Source of the DNA: Cuniculiplasma divulgatum
GTDB lineage: Archaea; Thermoplasmatota; Thermoplasmata; Thermoplasmatales; Thermoplasmataceae
Length of the DNA: 32,000 nucleotides
NCBI RefSeq assembly: GCF_900083515.1
Contig: NZ_LT671858.1
Span: 1,590,001 to 1,622,000, forward strand
Direction of reading: 5' to 3'
Made by a program: the position numbers and the translations under genes
Shown here: positions 17,330-27,034 of the stretch, piece by piece
Position numbering within the stretch: position 1 is the first letter of the stretch
How the letters are laid out: the number at the start of each line of letters is the position of its first letter
The notes under the pieces: model-generated
The model's database searches: none
What the model was told of the DNA's origin: nothing
Seen by the model: only the letters and a program-made list of their open reading frames with translations

Positions 17330-18391
17330 TCAGTTTTTATCTATTCTATTCCCATTTTTTCCAAAGATGTATAGGTCAGATATGGAAATGTATAGAGCCA
17401 TTTCAGATTTAGAATTTAAATCAAAATCTTCACTAAGTCTGACCCTTACCTCCTTATTTGATTTTGATTTACCTATGATCACTGAATAAGAGCCAAAACT
17501 TTCTATTGTTTGTGGCCTTATTTTTAGTTCTATATCATTTTCTTTTTCCCGTTTCAACTTCATGGATTCTGGTCTTATACCTATATTTATTTCCTTTTCT
17601 TCAGCGTTTATTCCCTTGATGATCAGGTCATCTGAAACATAAACTCCAGAATCTTTTACCATTTCAAAGAAATTTATAACAGGTTCTCCCAGAAAAGCAG
17701 CCACATATTCATTCCTGGGATTTTTGTAAACTTCCATGGGGGCTCCTACCTGTTCTAACTTTCCGTTTCTTAGAATCGCGATATGATCTCCAAGTGACAT
17801 TGCTTCCTGCTGATCATGGGTTACATAAATGAAGGTTTTTCCTAAATTTTGTTGAATCAGCTTCAACTCTACTCTTATTTGGTTTCTTATTTTTGCGTCC
17901 AAATTTGAGAGAGGTTCGTCAAGAAGAAATACTCCTGGGTCCCTTACAAGTGCTCTTCCAAGGGATACCCTCTGGGCCTGACCTCCAGATAGTTCTCTTG
18001 GGTATCTATTTAAATACTCTTCAAGTCCAAGGGTTTTTGCTACTTCCTCCACCTTTTCATCTATTACATCCTTTGTATATTTTCTCATTTTTAAAGGAAA
18101 CGCTATGTTGTTTCTAACTGTCAGGTGTGGGTATAACGCATAATCCTGAAACACCATTGCAATTCCTCTCTGAACTGGACTCATACTATTTACGATTTTA
18201 TCGTCAAAAAGTATATCTCCGGAGGTTGCTCTTTCAAGCCCTGCAATTATGTTTAGCGTCGTGGATTTTCCAGACCCCGAAGCGCCAAGAAGAATAAAAA
18301 ATTCCTTGTCCTCTACATTTAAATTCATGTTGTTTAATACAACAGTGTTTGAAAATTTCTTGTTTATATCTTTAAGTTTTACCGATACCAT
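17330..18391 (-). CDS. Sugar ABC transporter ATP-binding protein (MalK/UgpC-like)
   Basis: Walker A GASGSGKST, signature LSGGQAQRV, Walker B FLLDEPLS, and a C-terminal regulatory (TOBE-like) extension. Confidence 0.9.
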   Translation of the reverse strand: MVSVKLKDINKKFSNTVVLNNMNLNVEDKEFFILLGASGSGKSTTLNIIAGLERATSGDILFDDKIVNSMSPVQRGIAMVFQDYALYPHLTVRNNIAFPLKMRKYTKDVIDEKVEEVAKTLGLEEYLNRYPRELSGGQAQRVSLGRALVRDPGVFLLDEPLSNLDAKIRNQIRVELKLIQQNLGKTFIYVTHDQQEAMSLGDHIAILRNGKLEQVGAPMEVYKNPRNEYVAAFLGEPVINFFEMVKDSGVYVSDDLIIKGINAEEKEINIGIRPESMKLKREKENDIELKIRPQTIESFGSYSVIIGKSKSNKEVRVRLSEDFDLNSKSEMALYISISDLYIFGKNGNRIDKN

Positions 18392-18395
18392 ACTT

Positions 18396-19220
18396 TCACC
18401 CCTTTACTCCTCCAACTGAAAATGCTTTTATTAGGTACTTTTGAGCGAATATGTACATAATTAATGTGGGAATCATGTAAACTACTGATGCTGCTGCAAG
18501 CTGGTTATATTGTACTGAATATGCACCGAAATATGTGTAGATATATACTGCGATAGGAAATAGATGCCTCGAACTTAGAAGTATATATGGAACATAGAAA
18601 TTCCCCCAATTTGTAATAAAATCAAGAAGAATAAGAACTGCTATTGTTGGGAAAGCAAGTGGAAGGAAAACTCTTGTAATTGACTGGAATGAGGACGCAC
18701 CATCAACCAACGCTGCTCTTTCAATTGATCTGGGAATCTGATCGAACGAGTTTTTCATTATCCAGATTGTTATTGGTAGATTTAAAACTCCCAAAAAAAG
18801 GATTACCCCTATCTGAGTGTTATAAAGATTGACATTCTGATAAAATACATACATAGGGATCAAAAGTGAAAAGACAGGAAATCCCGTAAAAAAAAGTATT
18901 GTTAATATAAGTGCTATTCTGAATGGAAATCTCTTCCTTGAAAATACGTAAGATGCGAAGACAGCCAGTGTGATTGAGATTGCTGTTCCACCTAAAGACT
19001 GGATCAGGCCATTTTCTATAGATAAAGAAAAATACTTATTTGTAAAGATTTCCGCATATGCAGCAATAGTAAATGAGCCAAAATTACCGAATCCCTCATT
19101 GCTAATAGATGCAAATCCTTCCACGAAAACCCATACAAAGGGTATAAGGAAAAAAATAGCCAACAGAGTTAATAATATATATGAAAGTGAACTTTTTATT
19201 GTAGCATTTTCAATCTTCAA
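18396..19220 (-). CDS. Carbohydrate ABC transporter permease (MalG-like)
   Basis: 274 aa, multi-TM, with an EAA-loop-like IERAALVDGASSFQSITRVFLPL. It overlaps the upstream permease gene by 11 nt. Confidence 0.85.
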   Translation of the reverse strand: MKIENATIKSSLSYILLTLLAIFFLIPFVWVFVEGFASISNEGFGNFGSFTIAAYAEIFTNKYFSLSIENGLIQSLGGTAISITLAVFASYVFSRKRFPFRIALILTILFFTGFPVFSLLIPMYVFYQNVNLYNTQIGVILFLGVLNLPITIWIMKNSFDQIPRSIERAALVDGASSFQSITRVFLPLAFPTIAVLILLDFITNWGNFYVPYILLSSRHLFPIAVYIYTYFGAYSVQYNQLAAASVVYMIPTLIMYIFAQKYLIKAFSVGGVKG

Positions 19221-20112
19221 TTTTGATCACCTTCAGGTATAAAAGGGACATTATAACACCAGCCAAAATAATGATAACTCCGATGGCATTTGCCAGACCA
19301 ACGTTAAAAACGGAAAACGCAGTGTTATACTGGTATATTGTTAGAATATTAGTCGAGTCTGATGGCCCACCATGAGTAAGTACAAAAATGAGAGTAAAAG
19401 CACCAAGTGTCCATAAAGTGATGAGAATCATATCCGTAAGGATAGTTTGCTTTAACATTGGAAATATTATTCTAAAGAATCTTGAAAAGGATCCTGCACC
19501 ATCTACAACAGTTGCCTTGATGACTGATGGATTTATGTTTTTAATTGCAGAACTGAATAAAAGGACTGAAAATCCCATTCCCAGCCATGCATTTGCAATA
19601 ATAATCATATATAGCGCGTTATGAAACGATAGAAAATGGATTGGAGCGACACCAATACTATTTAATATATAATTGGCCAGTCCCATCGGCACATAACTCA
19701 GGGTACTGTACCATGTTATCCCACTTACCACTTGGGGAGTTGCCCACGCCATAAGTATTGTAAGTGTGATTATAGTTCCAAAAAATTTATTAGTTCCATT
19801 AATAACATAGGCCACTATAGCTCCAAAAAACATCTGACCAATTACCGCTGAAAATACAAAGAAAACGATAGTTATAACAATTGATTGTTCAAAAATAGAA
19901 CTTGTGAAAAGCCTCGTATAGTTAAAAAATCCTACGAAATTAAAGTTGTTAATGTTTAATAATGAAATGTTTGTAAAAGAGTAATATATGGAAAGAAACA
20001 ATGGATAAATAAAGAATATACCTAAATATAAAAAAGCCGGTATTAATGCTAAAATGTAAAAAATAATTGAATTTTCCTTGTCCTTCAGTTGCCTGCTCTC
20101 TGATGGGAACAT
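19210..20112 (-). CDS. Carbohydrate ABC transporter permease (MalF-like)
   Basis: 300 aa, multi-TM, with an EAA-loop-like IKATVVDGAGSFSRFFRIIFPML. Confidence 0.85.
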   Translation of the reverse strand: MFPSESRQLKDKENSIIFYILALIPAFLYLGIFFIYPLFLSIYYSFTNISLLNINNFNFVGFFNYTRLFTSSIFEQSIVITIVFFVFSAVIGQMFFGAIVAYVINGTNKFFGTIITLTILMAWATPQVVSGITWYSTLSYVPMGLANYILNSIGVAPIHFLSFHNALYMIIIANAWLGMGFSVLLFSSAIKNINPSVIKATVVDGAGSFSRFFRIIFPMLKQTILTDMILITLWTLGAFTLIFVLTHGGPSDSTNILTIYQYNTAFSVFNVGLANAIGVIIILAGVIMSLLYLKVIKIED

Positions 20113-20120
20113 TTTTTCAC

Positions 20121-21692
20121 TCAGGCTTTAATTTTTGATACTAAGTAAAGGTTGTTATAAAACTGCAGTGATGGTGATTGAACGTCCTTAGATTGTAACT
20201 GAGCATATTGAGTTGCGATAGAACTGGAAGCTGATGGTCCTATTTTTGGACCTTTCACTATTTGTACCTTTGAACTGCCGAAGTCTGTTACGAGTGCGGA
20301 ATCGTATGCACTTAATGCACTGGATACACTCATTTTGCCCACCACGACATCACTCATCGCAGCCTGTAGTGCCGTTGAGACTGTTGGGTATGTTGATACT
20401 GGAGGTCTATAACTTCCATATTTCAGTGCTTTTGCATAGAATGTATCAAGTTGTGGTGCGTTAGGCATTAGATCTTTGAACATTGGATTGCTTGATGCAC
20501 TTGTTGTAGCTGGTAATCCTCCCGCAAGCGCCTGGCCTGGCAAATTTATTTTTATTTGATTTGTTGTGTTATCCAGTGCCTGCATGAATGAGTAAACGAG
20601 GGACTTGTTGCTAACGCCGTTATACATTGCCCACCCCCATCCACCTACCATGGAATTATAATATGGGGCCTGACCAAATTCAGTTGGTATATACGCGAGA
20701 CCAATATATTTTGTAAAGTTATGAATCTCATGAGATCCGGAAGCCCATTGGTAACCATACATCCAGCTTCCATCTACAGCAATTCCTAACTTACCTTCCT
20801 GTAAATACTGACCTGTGGTTATATAAGGAGTTGTGCTAAGATCAACTGATGCAAGGTTGTCTGTCACAAATGCTGTTTTATAGAAATGTAATGTAGCATT
20901 AAGACCAGGATTGTTACCATACCACTGTGAACTTGAAAAGTTATAAAGACCCCATCCAGTTCCATATAGTAACCCTTCAAATCCAGTAAAGCTTGAAGCC
21001 TCTCCACCCCTGGTATCAGTGTATATATTCATTGGAATGAATCCTTTTATTGACGATAGATTAGCCTTAAGTTCCATTGACGTGTGAAGTATATCTGCCC
21101 AGCTTGTTGGTTGCCATGGAGTTTTTATACCGGCTTCGTGGAAAAGTGACATGTTGTAATATATTAACGTGTCTGTTACCTGGGTTGGCATACCATATAT
21201 TGTTCCGTTTATTTCCATCTGACCCAGGGCTGACGGGAAGAATGAATTCTTTTCTGTGGAATTCATATAGTTATTTAGTGGTGCTATCACTTTTTCATGT
21301 GCATAGGTTGCAGTATAGAACATATCCTCCAGCATCACATCTGGAGCAGTAGAAGCTTTTGATGTCATCAAATCAAGCTTATCATAATACTGTGCCTCAC
21401 TACTTGCGTCAAAAGGCCCTACGAATTTTATTTCCACGTTTGGATGTGCTTTCTGCCACACAGCAGTTTCGTTATTTACGAAATTCTCCCATATGGTTGA
21501 ACTAGAGCTGTACACAGGTCCAGCTACCGTTATTGTTACCTTTTTAGATGTTGTCGTTGGATGGTTTGTTATAATAAAATAGGTTCCAATACCAGCAACA
21601 ATAAGTACGATTACAACAGCAATAGCAATTATTACTTTCTTGCTACTTCCTCCACTACTATTAGTCCCACTACTTTGCATAGTATAACCCAT
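20121..21692 (-). CDS. Extracellular solute-binding protein of the ABC importer, membrane-anchored (archaeal type)
   Basis: 523 aa. The N-terminal TM helix VIIAIAVVIVLIVAGIGTYFII is followed by a Thr/Ser linker (TNHPTTTSKK). There is no lipobox Cys. About 10 N-x-S/T sequons occur in the mature part. It is the first gene of the transporter operon. Confidence 0.8.
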   Translation of the reverse strand: MGYTMQSSGTNSSGGSSKKVIIAIAVVIVLIVAGIGTYFIITNHPTTTSKKVTITVAGPVYSSSSTIWENFVNNETAVWQKAHPNVEIKFVGPFDASSEAQYYDKLDLMTSKASTAPDVMLEDMFYTATYAHEKVIAPLNNYMNSTEKNSFFPSALGQMEINGTIYGMPTQVTDTLIYYNMSLFHEAGIKTPWQPTSWADILHTSMELKANLSSIKGFIPMNIYTDTRGGEASSFTGFEGLLYGTGWGLYNFSSSQWYGNNPGLNATLHFYKTAFVTDNLASVDLSTTPYITTGQYLQEGKLGIAVDGSWMYGYQWASGSHEIHNFTKYIGLAYIPTEFGQAPYYNSMVGGWGWAMYNGVSNKSLVYSFMQALDNTTNQIKINLPGQALAGGLPATTSASSNPMFKDLMPNAPQLDTFYAKALKYGSYRPPVSTYPTVSTALQAAMSDVVVGKMSVSSALSAYDSALVTDFGSSKVQIVKGPKIGPSASSSIATQYAQLQSKDVQSPSLQFYNNLYLVSKIKA

Positions 21693-21700
21693 GATTAAAA

Positions 21701-21767
21701 TACTATATATGTTTTTTTATGGGTTTAAATATTGCCATGTCCAGTGTCGCAAAATATCGTGCCATGT
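21701..21767 (-). promoter_or_regulatory. Promoter region of the ABC/GH31 operon, with AT-rich TATA candidates and a direct repeat TGCCATGT (21733-21740, 21760-21767)
   Basis: TATA candidates on the minus strand are ATAAAAAAA (about 24 nt from the ATG at 21692) and AATATTTAAA (21724-21733). The exact 8-mer repeat, spaced 27 bp, sits immediately upstream of them. Confidence 0.3.
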
Positions 21768-21806
21768 TTTCCAATTTGAATTATTGGAGCTATAATACAA
21801 CTGCCT

Positions 21807-23234
21807 TCACGCCATAAATCCATATGCTTTCAGAATTGCTCCAACAATTACTGAGGGCTTCTTTGAGTAGGCGCTTATATATCCCATTTTTTCTGAAACT
21901 ATTCCAATGTCTCCGTCAAAACTGGTAGATATAAAAACACAGTTGTTTTTTCCAGAGATCGCATTCATTAAATTTACCCTGGACCTGAGATGTTCATTTC
22001 TTCCAACAAGGATGATCTGTCTTCCCGATTCTTTCATGTTTTCCAAAAATTCTGTTCCGTAATGCAGTTTCAGTTTTAGATTTAAGTCTGCCAGGTGAGT
22101 TGATACAAGATTTGTTGATTTGGATATTTCAGCAACCTGACTCTCATCCTTCGAATCCATTAAAACGAGATCTGCTTCAATATCTGGATTAAGTATTTTC
22201 CTTCTTCGTATTCTTGAAGAAACTGTCTCTACAGATCTCATGAGCAGGGGAGATGGTTTATATGATAGTTTCTTAAAAGGCTGCATGAATTGCACGATTC
22301 TCTCTTCCTTAGGTTTCAGCAATGCTGTGTCTATGTTTTGGATTTGTTCATAAAACTCCATTGATCCAACAATATCTGCATTTTCGATCACATCTACCTC
22401 ATTTTTAATTGAACCTTTGATTATTTCCGAAACATCATATCTTCCCTTAACAGCCTTCATATCCATTGAGTCAGATATTATGAGATTTTTATAATTGAAA
22501 CTGTGTCTTAGCAATTTCTGTACTTCTGCAGAAAGGGTGGCTGGATAATTCTCATCCAGAGAGTTATAGAGAACGTGTGACAGCATTATGGAACTAACGC
22601 CTGCATCTATGGCTTTTCTAAATGGGTATGAATCATTGATAATTGATTCTACATTTCTTTTATCTTCCGGTAGATCCACGTGGGAGTCTACCATTACTGA
22701 TCCGTGTCCTGGAAAGTGTTTAGCTGTTGCCCTAACATCATAAGACTGAATTCCTTTTATAAATTCTGCACCATGTTTTCCAATAGTTTCTAGATCAGAA
22801 CCGAATGACCTTTCAAGAATTACTGGGTTATATCCATTTAAGGTATCCAGAACAGGGGCAAGGTTCCACCTTATCCCAAGAGAATTTAGCTGGTAACCTG
22901 TCAGCATACCTACATAATTTGTGAATTCTGGATTGTCTAATTTGCCAAGAAAAAGATTGCTTGGGCTGTAATCAATCCATGGAATTCTCACCACATTTCC
23001 GCCCTCCTGATCAACTGCAATAAATGGGGCTGGAACATTATTTTCAACAACATAGATGTGATTTATCTTACTGATCAGTTCAGTCAATTCCTTCTCATTG
23101 CTGAAATCGTTGCCGAATAAAACAACGGAAAGAGGCAGCATTTTTGAAATGTACTTTAAGCTTTCCTCTCTTTCAACTCCCCTCAAACCTGTTTGAATAA
23201 ATAATCCAGTTCTCATGGCACTCTTATCCTGCAA
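21807..23234 (-). CDS. nagZ: Glycoside hydrolase family 3 beta-N-acetylhexosaminidase (NagZ-like) with an extra C-terminal domain
   Basis: 475 aa. Motifs AVDQEGGNVVR, KHFPGHG and SDSMDMKA are typical of GH3 NagZ. No signal peptide. Confidence 0.88.
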   Translation of the reverse strand: MQDKSAMRTGLFIQTGLRGVEREESLKYISKMLPLSVVLFGNDFSNEKELTELISKINHIYVVENNVPAPFIAVDQEGGNVVRIPWIDYSPSNLFLGKLDNPEFTNYVGMLTGYQLNSLGIRWNLAPVLDTLNGYNPVILERSFGSDLETIGKHGAEFIKGIQSYDVRATAKHFPGHGSVMVDSHVDLPEDKRNVESIINDSYPFRKAIDAGVSSIMLSHVLYNSLDENYPATLSAEVQKLLRHSFNYKNLIISDSMDMKAVKGRYDVSEIIKGSIKNEVDVIENADIVGSMEFYEQIQNIDTALLKPKEERIVQFMQPFKKLSYKPSPLLMRSVETVSSRIRRRKILNPDIEADLVLMDSKDESQVAEISKSTNLVSTHLADLNLKLKLHYGTEFLENMKESGRQIILVGRNEHLRSRVNLMNAISGKNNCVFISTSFDGDIGIVSEKMGYISAYSKKPSVIVGAILKAYGFMA

Positions 23235-23265
23235 ATTTATTAAATATATTCCTTTTTAAGATTGG

Positions 23266-24903
23266 TTAAAGATTATCAACAGTTTGCATCTCTATTTCTG
23301 ATGAGTACTGCTGTCCATGGTAAACCTTCTGCTTTGCAACCTTATAATTGGTAGTATCATACTGATTTCCTGCTATATTCTGGTTTCTGGCGTACTTTGG
23401 AAATGCACTGGAAGATATTTCAATCCTTAATCTGTGATCTTTCTTTATTTCATGGAACATACCCCACATATCAATCTCTATCTGAATGATTTTTCCAGGT
23501 TCATAAGAAGCCTCCTGGAATGGACCGTTCCTGTACCTCAACCTTGTTATACCGTCCTGAAGTCTCTGTGCATATCCATCCTGATGAACATCAAGTATTT
23601 TCATTGTAAAGTCTGTATCCTCACAATCAGAAGAGATGAATATTCTCCCAGTAATTTTTCCGGCAATTGTTAATCCTTCTTCCATTTTCCCTGAAGTATA
23701 TACAAGAATGTCCTTTCTCTTTTCTATTTCTGAATAGTCATCTGGTCCTCCTATCTGAGCAAATCCCTCTCCAGATAGGTATGGTACAGGATCCATGGGA
23801 TCGTATGTGAACTGATCGGTTCTCAGTCCATATGACGGTTTATCAAAAATCAGTCTTCCATCTCCAGATATACCTGCCGCACTTTTTTCTGATGATAGAT
23901 ACATATGTATGTTTTTGCAACCTTTGAGAGGCCAGTCGCTGGATTTTATCCATCTATTGGGTCCCATTGCAAAAACCATAACCCTCTCGTCATTATCCAC
24001 ATATCTATGTTCAAGAATAGTATTTATCCACTGAGATTCTATTTCAACCAGATCTAGCTTAGAGTTGTTTCCAAAGTCAATATGATCGTTTTTTATGTCC
24101 TTGTTAACTGAATGTCCCCACGGACCAATTATAAGACTCTGGTTATTCCTTGAAAAATCACTTTCTGAATATTTTCTCATATTCTCATAATTTATGAATG
24201 TGCCTATCTGCTCATCATCATACCATCCTGAAATGTGCATCACTGGGAGATTAATATTATTCATCTTTCCCTGATAAAAAAGTGGTTTCCAGAAATCGCT
24301 TTCCGGCCTGTTTATGAAATACTGTTTCCAAAAAGGAATGTCTACTCCAATTTTTTCAGGCATATTAATCAGAGGTAAACTCCCATACACTTCTTCCCAG
24401 TCTACGCTGTTGATGTTCTGCATTCCTCTTCCCCTGAGAGAGAATAGCCAAGAAAGATTCATTGGTGAAGTCGAAACTGACGGATTTTCAACAAATGGAT
24501 CAGATGGTGGGACAATACTTATCATTCCCCTCAGATGCTCAGGTTTCTTCAGTGCAGTTAACCACTGAATCCTTCCCGAATAGGATGCTCCCCATGTAAT
24601 TACATTCCCATTTGACCATGGTTTGCCCGCGAATATTTCAATGAGCCTTGAACCATCCTCTGCTTCTGAAAAGTATGGTATAAATTTTCCATCGGACTCT
24701 CCCCTTCCCCTCACATCATTTGCAATAAATACGAAACCTCTTTTGCTGAATTGCCTTGCAGTATTGAGTAATTCATCTGAGTTTTTACCGTAGGGAGTTC
24801 TGAAAAGTATTACGGTACTCTTTCCCTTTCCCTCTGGTAGATAGATATCTGATGACAATTCGATCCCATCTGGCATTTTAGTTCTTTCATCATAGATAAT
24901 CAT
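23266..24903 (-). CDS. CocE/NonD-family serine hydrolase (X-Pro dipeptidyl-peptidase S15-like)
   Basis: 545 aa. N-terminal MPDGIELSSDIYLPEG...ILFRTPYGK, nucleophile motif GASYSG, and a PepX_C-like block ISSDCEDTDFTMKILDVHQDGYAQRLQDGITRLRYR. Confidence 0.85.
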   Translation of the reverse strand: MIIYDERTKMPDGIELSSDIYLPEGKGKSTVILFRTPYGKNSDELLNTARQFSKRGFVFIANDVRGRGESDGKFIPYFSEAEDGSRLIEIFAGKPWSNGNVITWGASYSGRIQWLTALKKPEHLRGMISIVPPSDPFVENPSVSTSPMNLSWLFSLRGRGMQNINSVDWEEVYGSLPLINMPEKIGVDIPFWKQYFINRPESDFWKPLFYQGKMNNINLPVMHISGWYDDEQIGTFINYENMRKYSESDFSRNNQSLIIGPWGHSVNKDIKNDHIDFGNNSKLDLVEIESQWINTILEHRYVDNDERVMVFAMGPNRWIKSSDWPLKGCKNIHMYLSSEKSAAGISGDGRLIFDKPSYGLRTDQFTYDPMDPVPYLSGEGFAQIGGPDDYSEIEKRKDILVYTSGKMEEGLTIAGKITGRIFISSDCEDTDFTMKILDVHQDGYAQRLQDGITRLRYRNGPFQEASYEPGKIIQIEIDMWGMFHEIKKDHRLRIEISSSAFPKYARNQNIAGNQYDTTNYKVAKQKVYHGQQYSSEIEMQTVDNL

Positions 24904-24953
24904 ATATTTTACCGATCATGAGTTGATTTTCATATATAAAACAGACATTTTTC

Positions 24954-26165
24954 TCAATAAAGCATTATTTCCTTTATCTCCTCCCTGTATCTTTCCAATT
25001 CTCCCTGATAACTTTCTATAATATCCAATGGACTATCACCTGAAATGATCCTTTTCCTTATTTCCTTATTACCCGCAACAGAATCAAAATAGTGATCATA
25101 AAATTCTATATTATCAGAGTGGAATGTGTATATTGATGATAATAGATGTATCACAAATTCAAATGGCTTGAATAGATTTCTGTTACTCACATTAATCATT
25201 ATCCCATTGCACTTTTCTCCTGTGTATTTGGAGAAATAGGGCTTGAATCTTACCTCATTCAGAACGACTCCTGCAAGTTTTTGCTTCTCAATAGCTGAAA
25301 TTACCTTTCTTGCATCCATCCATGGGGAACCTATGAGCTCGAAAGGTCTGGTCGTTCCCCTCCCCTCTGATATGTTTGTCCCCTCAATTAAAACGCATCC
25401 TGGATAAACTATGGCAGTCTGCAGCGTTGGCATATTTGGAGATGGCAGGGTCCATGGTATTCCTAGCTGATCGTACCACATATCCCTTTTCCACTGCTTC
25501 ATTTTTACTATTTTAAGTCTAACATTTTCTCGGGATATTTTTCTGTTGAAGAAATTTGCAAGTTCTCCAATTGTGAGAGAATGCTTAATTGGAACTGGCA
25601 GAGAACCAATGAAAGATTGAAGATTATCAAGAAGCACTGGACCATCAGGATTCTCTCCGCTTAAGGGGTTTGGCCTGTCAAGCACTACAAAATCTATGCT
25701 AGATCCACCTACTGCTTCCATTGCATATATCATTGTTGCAATATATGTATAAATCCTGCATCCCACATCCTGAAGATCGAATATGATTGTGTCAAACTGA
25801 TCCATAACATCTCTGGAAATAAATTTGGAAGAATCTTTAATTGAATCTGTTTCCCTCATTTCCCTGTCAATATCAATGGAACCTGAACTTTTTTTAGAGT
25901 CAGGTTTCCTGTAAAGACTTTCTACCTGTACTCCAAGTGCATTATCGTAATAGGATTCAACTGTCTCTCCTGACTGATAATCACCAAAATACCCATGCTC
26001 AGGGGTCAGTAAGGTTAGATTTCTGTAACCTCCAATTTGTTTAACTGCGTCGAGAGATGACAATCCTTCATGATTTCCGGCCCAGTTGTTTGTTATCAAC
26101 CCTACCCTCTTATTCTCTATAAAATCTGTCTTTATGGAACCTAACTGATCAATCCCCATCAACAT
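24954..26165 (-). CDS. namZ: DUF1343 / NamZ-like exo-beta-N-acetylmuramidase (GH171 family), paralog 1
   Basis: 403 aa. Family blocks RVGLITN, PEHGYFG, FDLQDVGCRIYTYI, LDRPNPLSG and EGRGTTRPFE. No signal peptide. Confidence 0.82.
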   Translation of the reverse strand: MLMGIDQLGSIKTDFIENKRVGLITNNWAGNHEGLSSLDAVKQIGGYRNLTLLTPEHGYFGDYQSGETVESYYDNALGVQVESLYRKPDSKKSSGSIDIDREMRETDSIKDSSKFISRDVMDQFDTIIFDLQDVGCRIYTYIATMIYAMEAVGGSSIDFVVLDRPNPLSGENPDGPVLLDNLQSFIGSLPVPIKHSLTIGELANFFNRKISRENVRLKIVKMKQWKRDMWYDQLGIPWTLPSPNMPTLQTAIVYPGCVLIEGTNISEGRGTTRPFELIGSPWMDARKVISAIEKQKLAGVVLNEVRFKPYFSKYTGEKCNGIMINVSNRNLFKPFEFVIHLLSSIYTFHSDNIEFYDHYFDSVAGNKEIRKRIISGDSPLDIIESYQGELERYREEIKEIMLY

Positions 26166-26224
26166 GGCTGCATATATGTACGGGGAATTTAAATTATAAT
26201 ATTGGTTATTATTCTGTCAGCCAG

Positions 26225-26914
26225 TTACAGGCTTTTTGTTACACGCCCAATTTTCTCAAATATTTCGTGAAGATTCTTAGAGTATTTGCTTCCATCAAAG
26301 AGATTATTCACCGATACACTTGCTGAATTTCCGTTTGCGTGTATCATATTTCCATCACCAAGGTAGAGACCTACATGACCCTTAAAAAACACCAGATCAC
26401 CTGGTTTAGCACTGTCAAAATTATCAACAGTCTCTGTAAAATCTCTCTGTGAACCAGAGTTTCTTGGAATCTGTACACCTGTGAATTTGTAGAGCCTTTG
26501 TACAAAACCCGAACAGTCATATCCAAATTCGGATGTTCCTCCCCACAGGTATGGTACCCCTATAAATTCCATTGAAAGATCACATACAGAGAAGTTGTTG
26601 TTTGAAACTCTAACAAGCTTATTTTCTGGTATTTTATATTTTTCAGCCTCTTCCTTACTCACGTAAGAACCAAAAGGGAGCTTGATTTCTGGATGACTGT
26701 GAAATCTTCTTAATTTATATGACTTATCTGTGTATTCTGTAATTATATTTGTTTTTATATATCCCTTAACGTGATCCTGAGATTGGATCAGCGAATAGGC
26801 ATCTCCCCTTTCCAGAAGATCAAATTTCTCTCCAAAAACAACCTGAGTTTCTCGTTCAGATTCAAACATCGCCTTACTTCTTAAATCTCCTACACCTATT
26901 CTTATCTGATACAT
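26225..26914 (-). CDS. NlpC/P60 cysteine peptidase with an N-terminal SH3-like region (YkfC-like gamma-D-glutamyl-L-diamino-acid endopeptidase)
   Basis: 229 aa. Catalytic Cys context YLWGGTSEFGYDCSGFVQRLY and His context GHVGLYLGDGNMIHA. No signal peptide. Confidence 0.85.
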   Translation of the reverse strand: MYQIRIGVGDLRSKAMFESERETQVVFGEKFDLLERGDAYSLIQSQDHVKGYIKTNIITEYTDKSYKLRRFHSHPEIKLPFGSYVSKEEAEKYKIPENKLVRVSNNNFSVCDLSMEFIGVPYLWGGTSEFGYDCSGFVQRLYKFTGVQIPRNSGSQRDFTETVDNFDSAKPGDLVFFKGHVGLYLGDGNMIHANGNSASVSVNNLFDGSKYSKNLHEIFEKIGRVTKSL

Positions 26915-27010
26915 TCTGCAATATAGCCCTTAGGGATATGAAACTTATTATTGCTATCTGACCTTTATAATGAAAAATCTGGTTCTTTGGAGAATATATT
27001 TCATGTTAGT

Positions 27011-27034
27011 AAAGTTCACTCTAAAGTTCACTCA
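27011..27034. repeat. Tandem 12-bp direct repeat AAAGTTCACTCT / AAAGTTCACTCA in a divergent promoter region
   Basis: Read directly from the sequence: 11 of 12 positions are identical, the copies are head-to-tail, and a partial third copy (AAG) follows. The repeat lies between the divergent NlpC/P60 gene (ATG 26914) and the DUF218 gene (ATG 27144). Confidence 0.6.
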
